Part shown: piece after piece, positions 1-13,959 of the stretch
Layout of the letters: each line of letters opens with the position of its first letter
How positions within the stretch are numbered: position 1 is the stretch's first letter
Assembly: GCA_037447605.1 (NCBI GenBank)
Contig: CM074811.1
Location: 434,001-498,000 of the forward strand
Origin: Zygnema circumcarinatum SAG 698-1b
Lineage: Eukaryota; Plantae; Zygnematophyceae
Reading direction: 5' to 3'
Length of the DNA stretch: 64,000 nucleotides
The notes under the pieces: generated by a model
Seen by the model: the letters and a program-made list of their open reading frames with translations, nothing else
Told to the model about the DNA's origin: nothing
Databases searched by the model: none
Program-made: the position numbers and the translations under genes

Positions 1-2882
1 TCCGTTCCACAAGGAGTCTCCGAAAGGCATCTGCCCTCTCCCTCATCATCTCCGCCCCACTTTGAGAGCCCCTTCTCTCATCGTCTACACACTGAGGGAC
101 TGCCTCTGCATGCAAAGGGTCTGAGTTTGGAGCAGTGCACGTTTCCTTCTGGGAAGCCGAAGGAGCTCCTTTCTCCTCTTCCTCCAAAAAGAGTCCCTCC
201 TCCACCCCATCCCCATGTTCAATGAAACCTACCGGACCCTTATTGAGGTCAAAAGGATGTTTCTCCTCTCGACTGAATGTTTGTGAATTGCCCTTACTTT
301 CCTTCAGAGCCTCCGATTCCACCTGCTTTCTTTCAAGTTCCGCTTCCCCTTCTTCTTGCCGTTGAGCCCCGCTTTCTGCATGCCCAGTCGGCTCTACCTC
401 AATATCTTTTTCAGGAGATTCCTTCTCTGTAATTTCTTCATGCGTTTGCTCTTTAGCTGCAGGCACACTCTCAGCTTCAGTTGATGGAGCTTCTTGAGGC
501 ACAGCATTTGGTTCTGAATTCTCTTTATTAGGAGGACTCCCTGGTCTCCCTTCTCTGGGAATGTTCCCACCAGATAGACTCGATACTACTGCTGCCACTG
601 CACCCTCTGCTAATCCAACACGGAGAAACATATGTCATTTAAAATGTTTAGACACTCTTAGAATTGAAGCAACGTGCGCTGGAGAGAGGAAGAGGAAGGA
701 GTGGAGGGGAAAGGAGGAGACAAAGAGAGTGACAACGGTTGGGAGGTGACGAAGTAAGATAGAAAGACAAGAGCAAGAAGGAGAGAGCGTGAAAGAAGGT
801 ATGGAAGCAGAGGAAGGATGGCAGGGAAAAATGGGAATGCGAGCGACAAAGGAACGAGAGGAGGGCGAAGGCGAAGGAGACCCACAAGGGGGAATGCGGC
901 GTGAGGGGGGGAGGGAGAGAGAGAGAGAGGGAGAGAGAGAGAGAGAGAGAGATTGAGACACGGCCTTACCAGGTAAACTGGCATCACTGCTCCGTCGTTT
1001 CTGACGGAGAAGAGATTCGGGGGCTTTGCTTAAATCGACCTGAAGATGAACTCCCTTAAGGCGAGCACTTGCCCTTGTAACAGCTGCAAGAGCAGCTGCA
1101 GGGCCCTGATTGGCCGATGGGTCGTCCGGTCTTTCCTTCTCAGGATATGATGGAGTCATCACATCCCGATAAGGACTTCTGATCGGTCCTCCTCTCGCAA
1201 CGATCTCATCACAGAATGCGACCAAAAAGGGGTCCATTTGAGAAAGCATTCCATGAACCTGCAGAAAACAATGAGAAAATAGAGAAAGTAAAATGAGCAT
1301 TAAGTTGGATTCTCCTTTCTCTATTCGAGTCTGAAAGGAGTAGTTGGGTTCGTGTGATCATAACTCTGATTGATACATGCAATTTATTTGGGGTGGCGAA
1401 ACTCATATCTCACCGCATCTCTTAGAGCACAAGCTTTACTGACGATCCGCGCTCCATGATAGTCGTCTCCGTTGTACGCCTGCAGAAAACAGAAATGAAG
1501 GTATAGGTTCAACTTTCTCCTCAAACCCCGTTCATCTCCGGGAGTTGAACTTATTGAACTTACTTGAAATCAGAACAAAAAAGTCAGACTTATAATTTAT
1601 CCGACTCTAATCCGAAGTGGACTCACCTTCGCATTGGCCGGAATAAGATCTACATCTTTTAAGAACTGTGATCTTGTGAGATATTGTCCTGAGTCCACCA
1701 TTTGAAGGAGAGCTGTCACATCCATGGGCTTCTCCACTATCTTCTCATAGTCAGGAGCATCATCGTCAAGCACGGGATAGTGGAACATGCTAAACTTCTT
1801 TTCATGTAGGAGCCTGCACAAAGTCCAAAAACAAATCCAAGAGTCACAAATTTGATGCGATAGGTGTGCATGCCCGTATGTATGTATGGGTGCGAAAATC
1901 TCGGTACGGGTTTGTATGTTACTTGTATGGTAATGTATTGACTTGGGGTTATAATGTGCTCGTGTGCAGACATGTGATCTCTACTTGCGACTATATGACT
2001 ACTGTGAATAGATATATGAATATGTGTATAAGTCTTTAAGTGAAGAGTACGTGGGCTCGCACACTCTTATTTGTGCCTATTGTATGTAGTTGTATGTATA
2101 TGTATACAAGTACATATAGGTCGTATGCATATGTATGAGTAGATGTGTAAGTGCAAGGGCATAGGCATGGGCATGTTCGTATGCATGTTGGAACGTATGC
2201 AAATTCATTCATGTAGAAGAGTGGGAGTGGGCTAAATCTAGGGCTAACTGCGTACGAAAGGGTGGAAGGAGATGACCCCCCATCAAAAGGTTTCGCCTCT
2301 CTCTCTACCTATTGCAGACATCTCGCAGACACATTCTTAGTCGGCGTAGAGCATGCTCCTCCGCTTCAATTTTTGAAAGCAGCTCTGCCTCACTCGGCCC
2401 CTTCTCTCCCACAGGGGCCTTCAAAAGCTCAGGAACAGGAGGCTTTTTTTCCGTATTGGGTTTTTTTAACCGTACACGTGGCACAGTAATTGCAGCATCC
2501 GTCAACGGCTTGAAGAACGCATCTCTCTCACTTTCTGTGGGTTCAGTTATTGTGTACCTGCATTCGTACATCGCAGATAGACCCGATATGCTGATTATTG
2601 TGTTGGGTTTTTCTTGAATGCATGTGTTCGTTTGAGATGTTGAAATCGATCAATATGTTGTTTGTTGCACAGTTGAAGTTTAGTGATCTTAGCAGGTATA
2701 TACTAAGATAAGATGGTATGCTTACACGTGGCGGCCAAAAATGGATTGAGCTTCAGGATCAAGGTCCTCCTCCGGCACTTCAGATGTAGAGAGTAGAAGC
2801 ACGGGGAGAGCAGAAGGGAGATCAGCTAAGAGCATAAGAAGAGTAGCTCTCAGCTGGTCGTGAGCCTGCACATGCAGGCGAG

Positions 2883-2923
<41 letters not shown>

Positions 2924-5900
2924 TGAGAGTGAGTGGGGAGGGGGGAGAGAGGAGACAGGAAGAGAGCAGAGACATGTGATGAAATTTATTCATCCTAAAT
3001 GCTGGCAAGAATGGAAAGAAAGAAAAAAAAAGGAAGGTTTTCATTCAAACTCGGAGGGCCAAAAAGTGCAGAATGTGAGCTTACCGTCTCCCACCAGAGA
3101 TGGAGTTGAGGCAGAAAAAGGATAGCGGGAGGAGTATTTCGCGCTTCTCCAATAACATGCACAAGGGCTTCTTCCGGAGTCTTAGCACTCGCATCAGAAA
3201 GGAGAGAAGGAAGAGCCAACGAATGCACCGGAAATTTCTCAAGTTCGTGAAGGACTGCCGGACCCAAATAGTCCTGCATCAGAGAACCATGTATATATAT
3301 ATATATAGATATACACATGATATGTAAGAAAAGGGTCTCAGAATAGTCGTGCTAAGAAAATTAGTCTATGTAGAAAAAATTTAAGCTTAAATCTCTTTCT
3401 CTCACCTGACCAGAACCACCCTTTCCACAAAGGAGCAGCCTTGGCCTTTGCAAGAAGGGGATAGAAGTCCCAAATCGAGCTCCGAATAGCCGAGCGAGTT
3501 GTTGGGGGCTCTCCTCGTCATCGTCCTCCTCTTCCTCTCCCTCCCTCTCCTCCTCATCCTGCGCTGCTAAAGGAGGGAACACCCCTCTAAGCTTCTCCAT
3601 AATACCGTTTAAATGGCGTTCTAGACAAGGGACAATCCATGGTGGTAGAGGTCTTGCATGCACTACAGCAGATCGATGAGCTGCGGGAGTGATGGCAGCC
3701 ATAGCTTCAAGAAAATGGCGTCTTTCCACTTTGATTGCATCCACATCGATAAGGAACTGCTCATCACTCTCGTAGACTTGAGGATACTTCATTCTGAAAG
3801 CACGAATGGCAGCTTCTGTGCATAAAGCCTTAACATCTGCTCCACAATATCCGACGGATAACTGAGCAAGGTCCTTTCTCAAAGACTCTGACGGAGGGTC
3901 TTTCCAGTTTTTTGTGTGAATTTCCAAAATGTCTGCTCTTGCATTCACATCTGGTAAACGAAAAAAAAACTCTCTATCGAACCTTCCAGGTCTCCGAAGT
4001 GCTCCATCAATTGCATCAATCCGATTGGTTGCTCCAATGACTACAACTTGACCGCGAGAATCTAAGCCGTCCATTAATGCAAGAAGGGTTGAAACGATTG
4101 AGTTGTGAATCTGCTCCTGCTTTCCGGAACGCACAGGTGCAAGACCATCGATTTCGTCGAAAAAAATGATGGAAGGTTGGCATCTTTGTGCTTCTTGGAA
4201 AAGCATTCTCAGTTGTCTCTCCGCTTCTCCCACCCACTTACTAAGTACATCCGCTCCTTTCCTCATAAAAAAGGTGATCTTTTGTCCTGCCCTTGCAGCT
4301 GCACTTGCCAATGCTCTCGCAACTAAGGTTTTCCCTGTACCGGGAGGTCCACAAAGAAGCACTCCTCTAGGCGGAGCAATGTGATATTTAGCAAAAAACT
4401 GAGGATACAAGAGAGGGAAAAACACCATCTCTTTCAAGGAGCTTATGTATTGAGAAAGCCCTCCTATCTGATCAAAGCTAACTGATGTATCCACCTGCAC
4501 TGGCTGAACATCTGCCCCTACTTTAGCCGCAAACTTTCCCGCCCCATGTCCACCCACTCCGCCTCCCACTGTTCCTCCCTCACCCCCCCCGTGTGCTCCC
4601 CCTCCTGCCATCCAATCTCCATGACTGCTCCATCCATTTGCAAAAGCAGGTAATCCCCATCCTGAAGGCCCCAATACTTCCACCCCATTCGGCATCCATG
4701 GAGGATCAGCTTTGCCTCTCCCCCAAAAGCCTGCAGGGCCTTGATCCATTACATCTACAAGTAAGGAGTCATCTGAACCCTCCGCACGCATAGAGTGGTG
4801 TCGTTTGTGGGCTCTCCCTCCCGGCCTCCTCCCCTCTCTCCCTCTCTTACCTCCTCCATTGCCTGCCTGTGAGTACATCCTCCGAGGAGACCTCGCCCGA
4901 GCAGGCCTCTCCTCTCTCCTTGGAGAGAACCGTTGTACTTCCGTTCTATTCCTCAAAGCATACCGCCTCTCCCGACTCCCACGCAATCCCTCCTCATCCT
5001 CTTCCTCTTCCTCTTCCTCTCCTTCTTCCCCTTCACCTTCATCCTCTTCCTCGTCTCCTTCTTCGCCATCCTCCTCCCTCTCCACGTCTTCATCCTCTTC
5101 TGCCTGAGATAAGTGGTTCTGATCGTCTTCGTTCTCTTCATCTTCCTCCTCCCCAGCCTCCTCACCGTCCTCCTCCCTCTCCTCCTCCTCCTCCTCCTCC
5201 ACCTCCTCCTCCTCCGCCTCTCTCTCTTCTTCTTCCTCCTCGGATCTGCTCTCGGGCACTACAGCTTGACCACCCCTCCTCGGCCGCAATCCCTCTCTCC
5301 TTGGAGGCTCTACAGCTTCATTTGAAGGTTTCAACTTTTTCCTCGATTTCATCTCTCTTCGAGTAAAAGTGCGTTGCCCATTCACTCGAGCTCGAAGCCC
5401 TCGGTGCTGTAAAGGTTCAACCTGCTCCTCATGGTCGCCGTCAGACGAGCCATCCTGTGAAACAAAGGCATGAAAAAGCGTAGAAATCAAACAAATGCAC
5501 GAAAGAAGTAACTCTCCCCCACCCCATTGACACTCGTCATTCCCAAATTCATCATCCAATACGTCAGCTCTTCATGAAGTAAACACGGCATTCCTCCTGC
5601 AAGACGGAGAGGGAAAGCGAGAGAGAGGGAGAGAGAGAGACCTTTTCGGCTTCGTGTAACTGTTCACAATCGAGGCTTTCGCCACTAATGTAATACCCGA
5701 AGCCTGGTGGGGCCCGCCTTTTCCGCTCCGATCTTCGCAGGTTCCGAGAGGGAGGTGGCAGTCGCTTCAGAAGGGAAACATAACACGAACACACAGAAAA
5801 TTAAAGCCGTAGAAAATGGATCAGCTTTCCCTTCAAGAAATTGACAACTTAGTAATTCATGTACAAGTAAATGCTAGGCCATACATTTCATTGTTGAGAG

Positions 5901-6147
5901 ATCATTCGAAGATTTTCTTCAGGCTACTGGTCAAGAAATGGATGCGGAGAGAGCTATCTTCTAAAAGTCGTCATATGCCAACATAGCTGAAACGGAGCAT
6001 ACATTGGACGGAATAACTCGATAAGTTAATGGGACTATTGCAAGACAATACGAGTGTGACCCATTGCAGTCCCTGATCTCCTTACTGCTATAAAATTACT
6101 GGTGAGGAAGTGCCCCCCCCCTCACCCCACCTCCCCCGTCCCCTCTC

Positions 6148-6215
<68 letters not shown>

Positions 6216-6904
6216 CTCTCTCTCTCCCTCTTTCTCTATCTATCTCTCTCGTCCTCCTTTCTCTGCAATCTCTATTTCTCACTACTACCTTCTAACTTTC
6301 TCACGATCAAACACTAACACGTGCTTCGTTGCACTCCCAATTGGTACCTCGTCTTCTAATGAACGCTCTGAAGACGAGCCTACACAAACCCTTAGAAGAC
6401 CACAGTGCCTCTTTTCCAATTCCGCTCTTCAGTCACTTCCAGCTGTCTCCATTCATTCTCCCTTCCCTTCAATTTTCTTCCAAATTTCTTCATACGTTTT
6501 CTATACTCAACCCTAATGTTCTCAGCAAGAACCTGCCAGACATTCCTTACCGGAGCTTGTCTCTTGCACCGCAGCTGCTTCCTCCTCCGCGGAGTCTGAA
6601 TTTGCTTCTGAGGCCTCCTGCACTGCCGCTTGGGAGACGGAGGCTTTCTCTGTCGGAGCCTCCGCTTCAAAGGAGATTCCTCCTCCTTCTCCTTCTCCTT
6701 CGCCACCTTGCTTCCATCCCCCTCCCCTCCTCCTTCCTCTCTCCCTCCCCTCCCTCCTCCCGCTCCCTCCCTCCCACCCCTCGCTCTCTCCTCCCCTTTC
6801 TCCACCTTCACTGCAACCTTACCTCCTGCTCCTGCTACTGCTTCGCTCTCTCTCTCCTCCAACACCTCCACTGCTCCCCCCACGACTGCCGGTTGTCCCG
6901 CCAT
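1..6904 (-). CDS. ATAD2: ATAD2/BRAT1-like AAA+ ATPase with bromodomain (multi-exon, 3' end beyond window)
   Basis: Exons (GT-AG, frame-consistent): 6551-6904, 5642-5764, 3406-5454, 3085-3273, 2726-2865, 2309-2557, 1627-1813, 1414-1479, 970-1258, <1-609. Walker A GPPGTGKT, Walker B IIFFDEID, SRH GATNRIDAIDGALRRPGRFDRE, acidic N-terminal region, bromodomain FHYPV..APDY..IVEKPMD..NAKAYN. The first exon assignment is less certain. Confidence 0.9.
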
Positions 6905-7753
6905 AGCTACTTCATCTCCCCCCCTGTTTCTGCTGCAGCAGAGAGGGAAGTGGGAGGGAGAGAGAGGGAGCGAGAGAGAGAGAGAGGGAGAGGGCCCTGT
7001 ACGGAGGAGTACTCGGAGCCCTGCTCGCAAGTGAAGCGGAGTCTTTATATTTGCAGGGAGGATTTGTACGGAGATTTGTGTACGGTCGTACGAGTGACCG
7101 TACGGACGGAGCACTAATGTACGGCTCTTGAAAAGAAGTCGTGTGCCTAAAGTATTGTACGGACGATGGTGTACGGACGATGGCATGTTGATGACACTTG
7201 TAGAGAAGAAAAAAAAAGTTTTTTTTTTTTTTTTGAAGTAATGCCAACGTAAAAACCATCATGCGCTTCTTTGAAGGTCGTTGAACGATTTTTTCCGACA
7301 GAATTTTAGCAAAATTAGCTCAATTTTTTCCTAAGGCGGGGCATAAAATTCTGTCCTCGAACATAAGGTGATGTCGAGCTGCATTCCAGTTATGTAATGG
7401 AGGTCAGACTGAGCTTAAAAGTTGCCAATTTTCAATTTTCAATTCATTTAAAAAAAGAGGAAGAAATTCCAAGGCTGCCCCAGGTTCCGAATTTCTGCAT
7501 CTGGTTCTATGTGTTGGTTGAACTGTCCGTAGCCACCGACAGGTGTGCCACATAGAACGCAGAAGGGACCCTTCAAAGTAACCCACTTTGGAACCAGGAC
7601 TGCTCCACGGATCAAAATTTCAAAACTAACCTTTCTATGCCAGAAAAAGTAAACCCTGCAACTGCTAACAGTTAGAGCCAACAGCATAGATCGTTGAGAC
7701 TTTTTTGGTGAAGCTTTTTTCCACACTTGAAGCAGCTGCGAAGATTGGCGAAG

Positions 7754-10393
7754 TTATTTATGGTAGAGGAAGACGAATCCGAACAGGAAAAAGCCCACCA
7801 TCTGCACAGGCATCAGAAAAAAAACAGCATAGAACACTATTGGTTTACGGAACTCCGTTGACTCCAGCACATAGATTCCATGCATGACTTGAAACAACCC
7901 TCATAATATGGCTGCTTCCTTCAGTCAAAAAGTAGGTACGGAACTGAAACAGAAACTGACCATAGAAAAGGAGCTGGCATAGTACGGAAACGCGGATCCA
8001 ATGAAGCGTTCATACTCGTCATGTCGAAATGGCCTCACTGGAATCTGCGTAAGATGAGGAAATCGTAGACATTTTGAATGAGACTTCAGGAAACCCTAAA
8101 AGAATCTGAAACCATAACCTGATGTTAGAGCAAGGTGGACCCAGGTGTGAACAGTGCCTTTTGGTACGAGTGAGTGGAATCCAAGGGTAAACAGTTCCGG
8201 ATCAGTAGCTTATACGTGGATCTTAGGTGGATCTTAGGTGGATCTCAGGTGGAATTCAGTGGATCTTAGGTGGATCCTTAGGTGGATCTTAGGTGGATAT
8301 TAGGTGGATATTAGGTGGAACTTCGGTGGATCTTTCGTGGATCTTCGGTGGGTCTTAAGTGGATCTTAGGTGGATCCTTCGGTGGATATTAAGTGGATCC
8401 TTAGGTGGATCTTAGGTGGATCTTAGGTGGATCCTAAGGTGGTTCTAAGGTGGTATCTCAGGTGGATCTGAGGTGGATCTTAGCTGGATCTTAGGTGGAC
8501 CTTAGGTGGATCTTAGGTGGATTCTTAGGTGGTTCTTAGGTGGATCTCAGGTGGATCCTTAGGTGGATCCCGAGTGTGAACAGTACCTGTTTGGCTAAGG
8601 AGAGGGTTGTATATCCTAGACGCTTATATTCAACCTTGAATTGAAACACTCCATATACATCCGGCACATGAATGTCGGTGAAGAATTTCCCCTGCAGAAA
8701 GGTTGATCCGAGAATGGGAGGGAAAGGGCGGGGGGGGGGGGGGAGGATGGGGAGAGGGACAGAGAGAGGGAGAGCGAGAGAGGGAGGAGACTAACGTTAA
8801 TTCCTTCAAAAATAAGAAAAAGACGAAAACCAACAGACCCAGTACGAGCACCTGCATGTCTCGATGGTGTTGGGCCCATTCTTCTTCTTCTTCTTCTTCG
8901 AGGGAGAGAGAGGAGAGAGAGCGGGGGAGAGAGAGAGAGGCATACTTAACGGATGGGTTTAACAATGACACAATTGAACAAATGAGAGCAAACGGAAACA
9001 GAAAAAGGGAGAAGGAGAGAGTGGGAGCGAGAGAGAGGGAGAGAAGCAAAAGACTCACCTTTCCGTCATGGCTCAGAGTCTTGAGCACATATGGACTCAT
9101 CATGAAGAACTGAACCTGCACATCATCTGCCTTATAGGGAACCCACTCCTTTCCAGACCACTCCTTCACTTCCACTGAAAATTCCTGCGCATCCATCCAA
9201 AACAAAGAGAGTGAGTAGGAGAGAGAGAGAGAGAGAGAGTGAGAGAGAGAGAGAACGAGAGTATAACTTTTCAGAAAAAGAGACAACCGAGTTAATGGAT
9301 TTCCGGGAAGCAAAAATTCGCAGCAGTTTGCAGCTTTAAGGTTTCAATGCTGAGGATTTCTTAAGGTGGAATTTTGAGAATTAGGGCTTAATAATATCGC
9401 ACCACTTGATCTCCGATGCGGTAAATGCTGGGCTCGACCTCCTCTCCCTTCTTATGGTGATTCAGGGACCCCGCCTGCAAAAAATAAATAAAACTCCAAA
9501 TATAAGAAATTGAACTATACAGTTTAGAAATGTGTATACATGGAAAAGCTGCATAGCTTTATGTATGGGGAAAAAAAAGAATTATGGCAACGAGTTGTTT
9601 TGGGTTCCATGCAGGGATCGATTTATTAATGGACGAACTCCCGTAAAGAAGCTCTTAGTCTTAGTCTTACCTCTTAGTCTCTTAGTTTTTAGTCTCTTAG
9701 CTCTTAGTTTTAGTTTCCTAAAATTAATGAATAGATTGGTAATACCCAAGTTTTGAAGAAATTTAGGGTCTGGAAGTTATTTTTTTGTCAAGTCACAATG
9801 CTTCGATATGAGAGGAAATTTAGGGTTGAAAAATTTGAGGATTTTCACCTTAAGGTGGCCTCTCTCGTGGAAGACCCACTTCGAAATTTCTTCGGCAAAT
9901 TTCTTATTCGCAGTTCGAACAGTCTCGCCCTTGTATTCTACTTTCATGTTGAAAAAGCTGCCCGTAAAAAAATGAAAAAAATAAAATAAAGGGTTCCAAA
10001 AGGGGGAGGGGATTAGCCTCCTCAAAACATGTTCATAGAGTAGAGAAGAGCCTTACTCATAAGGGGAAAAGAAAGAAAGAAGAGAAGCTCAGTGAAGGGG
10101 GAATATTTTGCTTAAGTGGAAGAGACAGACAGACGAGAGTGGGAGAGAGGAAGGAGGGGGGTGGGGGAGAGGGTGAGAGGAGGACTGGGAAAGTAGAAGA
10201 CGTGACAGAGATTGAGAAGGAAAGGCAATGGAGGAAAGAGAGAGGGAAAGACGAGAGAGAAGGGAGGGAGTACGAGGGGAAAGGAGAGGGAGGGAGCAGG
10301 AGGGAAGCGGGACAAGGTAAGGGTACGAGGAAAAGCGGGAGGAAGGGAGGGAAGAATGGGGAACACAACAAGGATGAGGAAGCAAGAGTAACA

Positions 10394-10432
<39 letters not shown>

Positions 10433-10992
10433 TTGCTCACAGGTCACTGAACAGGTCCAAAGAGCCTGAGATGAGTACTCGAGCGTTATTTCGAGCCTGC
10501 ATTGCTGCCACTAAAGCGATGCTTTTGCCGTGAAGGGCAGGCACAGTTGTGATCCGAGAGAGAGGATTGGCTGCGAACGCAGACTCTGATGCTGAAAGAA
10601 CCGGCACGACCTAAACGACAAAAGAGGGAGGGAGAGAGGGAGGGAGTGGAGTGAGTGAGTGAGTGCGAGAGTGAGTGAGTGAGGGAGTGCGAGGGAGAGA
10701 GACGGGGTCAAGTTAGCCTGGGCCGAAAGAAAGCTGTGTAAATAGTAGCTTCAAGGTCAGGTTTGACGATGAAAGGTGACTACTGAGAAAAGGGGATTCA
10801 CAGAAGGGAGGGGAGAGGGAGGAGAGAGGGAGGAGAGAGGGAGGAGGAGGCTCTCACCAAGTCAGAGGGAGTGACAGTGAGGCCAACACCGCGGTACACG
10901 ACAGGACCCTGCTTGCATAGATACCACGAGGGGCAGAAAATAAACAAAGACAATTGCGTTACTGGCAGGAACATGAAAGAGAGAGGCAGAGG

Positions 10993-11042
<50 letters not shown>

Positions 11043-12937
11043 AAGATATTAGCTAGGTTTATCACCTTACCTCATATGCTTCGGAGCCCACCATGACAGT
11101 GGAGTTGACAATTTCAGCAGCTGCTACTAATGCATGATCTGCATCGATGTCTGCTTCTACAAAGTTCTGATGGTCGATCACAACAGCATCCGTCGTCTGT
11201 ACATTCCAAACGAGCAGAATCAAAAGTAACAACAGAATTAACATATGGATCCCTCTGGATTCATTACATGTTGCATGTAATTGACAGAACAAAGGAAAGG
11301 ATAAGGAATTCACTCAATGATACGCTGCAGGCAGAGAGTAAACCTTAAGTCTATATAGAAGCAGTCTTTGTTAACAAGCACCCTTCTGTTGCAGATTGGG
11401 GTGATTTATTAAAGTTCAAAATTAAAAAATACCTCATCAATATCCACTCCGCATTCGGTTGCGAAATCTCTCATAATATCAGAAGTATCATCTTCCGTGG
11501 CCATGATGACATCGTGTCCAGAGTCAACAAAGTCAACTAAACTGGCAACATCCAAAGAAGTGGGCATGTTGCCAACTGAGCGTTTTCCTCCCCCAAGAAG
11601 CTCCCCCAGGTGAGATTAGGTCTATGGTCTAGCATTAGGGTTTATTCAGAGCAGAAGCAGTGGGTGAACACTTGACATCTCGTAAAGCCAACAATTGAAA
11701 AAAGGAAAACAGGCGTACACCTGCATCCTTAAACCTTATGCACGCAAACTGCAACTCAGTGAAGAAACTCAAAAACGCTGTCATACTTGCCGGGATAAAG
11801 CAGATTGCAGTAGCTAGGAGGCAAGCATAGAGAAAAACTAAGTGAAAAAGTGTTCAAGCTGCGACAAGATCTGGCTTTCCCCCCTCTCTCTACCTCTCTT
11901 CTCTCCTCTCTCCTCTCACTCGTCTCACCCTCTCGCTCTCGCCTTTTCGCCCCCCTCCCCCTCCCCTTTCCTCTCTCTTCCTCTCTCTCTCTCTCTCCCT
12001 ATCTCGCTCCCTCCCCCTCTGTGTGTGTTTAAACACAAGGTTTAGCGGGCATACGTCCGGCAGCTGGTGAGAACAGAACCGCTCCATCATAGAGATACTT
12101 TCCATACTTTTGCAGAATGACACTCTTGTCAGTGGATTTCCGAAAGTCAAGAGAATATCCCCTGTCTGGAAAAACAAATAGAGAAAGAAGGCGCACAGAG
12201 CTGCTTAGGCATTTTCAAACAATCGAACCTCCACTTACTACAAACTTGATGACCTGCTTGAAGCCACGAGAAACAATGAAGGAGGAAGTAGATATTGGAT
12301 GAATTGTATAGTTTTGATCTGTATGTTCAGTTTGGGAGATGAGACTTATAATGTGACTTATAAGAGAGTGTAATTTATGGACGGTTGGCGGGGCGGGGAG
12401 GGGTTGGAATTTCAAGACTCAGATCCAATTCTCCAGCTCCGTTTTACAACAGGGACGCAGTGAAGGATAAATAACCAGAAACATAACATCCACTAGCCAC
12501 CCGATAAGTGCAAGGTTTATATAAAAAGGGCGAAGACGGGTGGGATCGAAAGGGAGGGATAAGGGAGGGTAAGGAGGGAGAGACGGAGGGCGAGACAGGA
12601 GGATGAACACCGAGAGGGAGAGAGAGGGGAGGGAGGAGTCTTTGGGACAGGGCCACCGAGGAAGGATCGACGAGAGGCAGGGGAAAGGAGTGAGAGAGAA
12701 AGAAAAGGAGAAATGGAGAGGAAAAAGAGAGAGGAGAGAGAGAGAGAGATAAGGGGCTTGCATTATACCTTTGAGAGAGGCGAAGAAGAGGGAGTGTGAG
12801 GCCTTGACGCTGAAGTCGTCCAGCACCACCAGCAGCTTCCTGCTCGCCGGCTGCTCCTCCGAGAACGCGCGGCACACCAGCGGCAGCGCCAGCAGCAGCA
12901 ATGCAGCCACCGCGTGGCGAAATCCGGGGAATGCCAT
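7754..12937 (-). CDS. OST48: Oligosaccharyltransferase 48 kDa subunit (OST48/DDOST/DGL1)
   Basis: Exons: 12769-12937, 12055-12165, 11433-11575, 11071-11196, 10858-10908, 10441-10610, 9849-9957, 9403-9474, 9059-9184, 8587-8691, 7961-8044, 7754-7801. Signal peptide; [81 protein letters not shown]; C-terminal TM segment ending FLYHK*. Confidence 0.95.
8209..8570. repeat. 11-12 bp minisatellite (GGTGGATCTTA)n, about 30 degenerate units, inside an OST48 intron
   Basis: Tandem units directly visible; lies within intron 8045-8586. Confidence 0.95.
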
Positions 12938-13359
12938 CGCTCCTAACCCTAAAATGCGGCCCAGAGGAAGGAGGGAGGGAGGGAGGGAGGGAGGGAGGGA
13001 GGGAGGGAGAGCAATGGCGAGGGAGGGAGAGAGCGGAAGGAGACACGGGAAGCAGTGAATTGAACCCTAGAAAACGCTTTTTATGTGCAAATCCAGTTAG
13101 ACGGTAAATAATTTTGAACTCCAACAAACTTTCTCACCCATAAAACATCGCAACGAAACTGCGTTGTGACATGTGCGGATTTACTGGAAACGGAACTTTA
13201 AACAGAATGTACGAATTTACTGAATTTCGCACGGCGTGGTTGAGAAAGCTACCAGGGAAGGAAAGGGAGGAAGGACCGTTTGCGACACGTGGCAGCACGG
13301 GAGAGCTCGAGGGAGGGAGGGAGAGAGGGAAGCAGGAGAGAACGGGGAGCGCGGCAGCC

Positions 13360-13915
13360 ATGGCTTCGGCCCTCCATGGCGGGCCTGCAGCTCTGCTTGG
13401 GAGGCCGTCTTTGGAAGATGCACGTGGTAGAAGTTTTAGGGTTTGTTCGTGGAGCTCCTCGGCATCCTTCCTCCATGGGGGAGCTTGGGGGAGGTCCATG
13501 GACGTAGGAGTAAGAGGGAGAGAGAGGGGGCGAGAGGAAGAAAATAGGTTCTGTGGAGGTCGAGTTGTGGCCATGGCGGAGGTGAAGGAGAAGACACCCC
13601 CAAGCGCAGATGCGAGCCCTTTGGTGAAGCTTGCGTGGTACGGCTCTGAGGCGTTTGGGAAGGGGGTGGCTCTATTTAGAGGGAGAGACGAGAGAGAGGA
13701 AGTGGGAGAGGAGGAGGGAGAGACCTTCGGTGATTCCATTTCGAGGGAGACGGCCATGGCTGCGCTGAGGAAGGACTACGATCGAAGCTACTTCGTGACT
13801 GGTAGAAACTTTGAAAACCCTCAAGTGGGGGGACTTTTCTGGAATCTACAAATCATTGATTTGTTGAGAGTCATAAAGCGTCACAAGTCGTACTGATGTT
13901 TCTATGTTTTGAGAA

Positions 13916-13959
<44 letters not shown>

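Noticed and set aside
12240-12285. [10 protein letters not shown] segment resembling OST48 exon 2
   Set aside because: It has no usable upstream AG acceptor, and the true exon (12055-12165, DRGYSLDF) fits phase and homology.
13171-13359. Upstream extension of the DUF2358 ORF in the supplied track
   Set aside because: It is promoter-like, GA-rich sequence within the short bidirectional interval; the ATG at 13360 (GCCATGG context) is the more plausible start.
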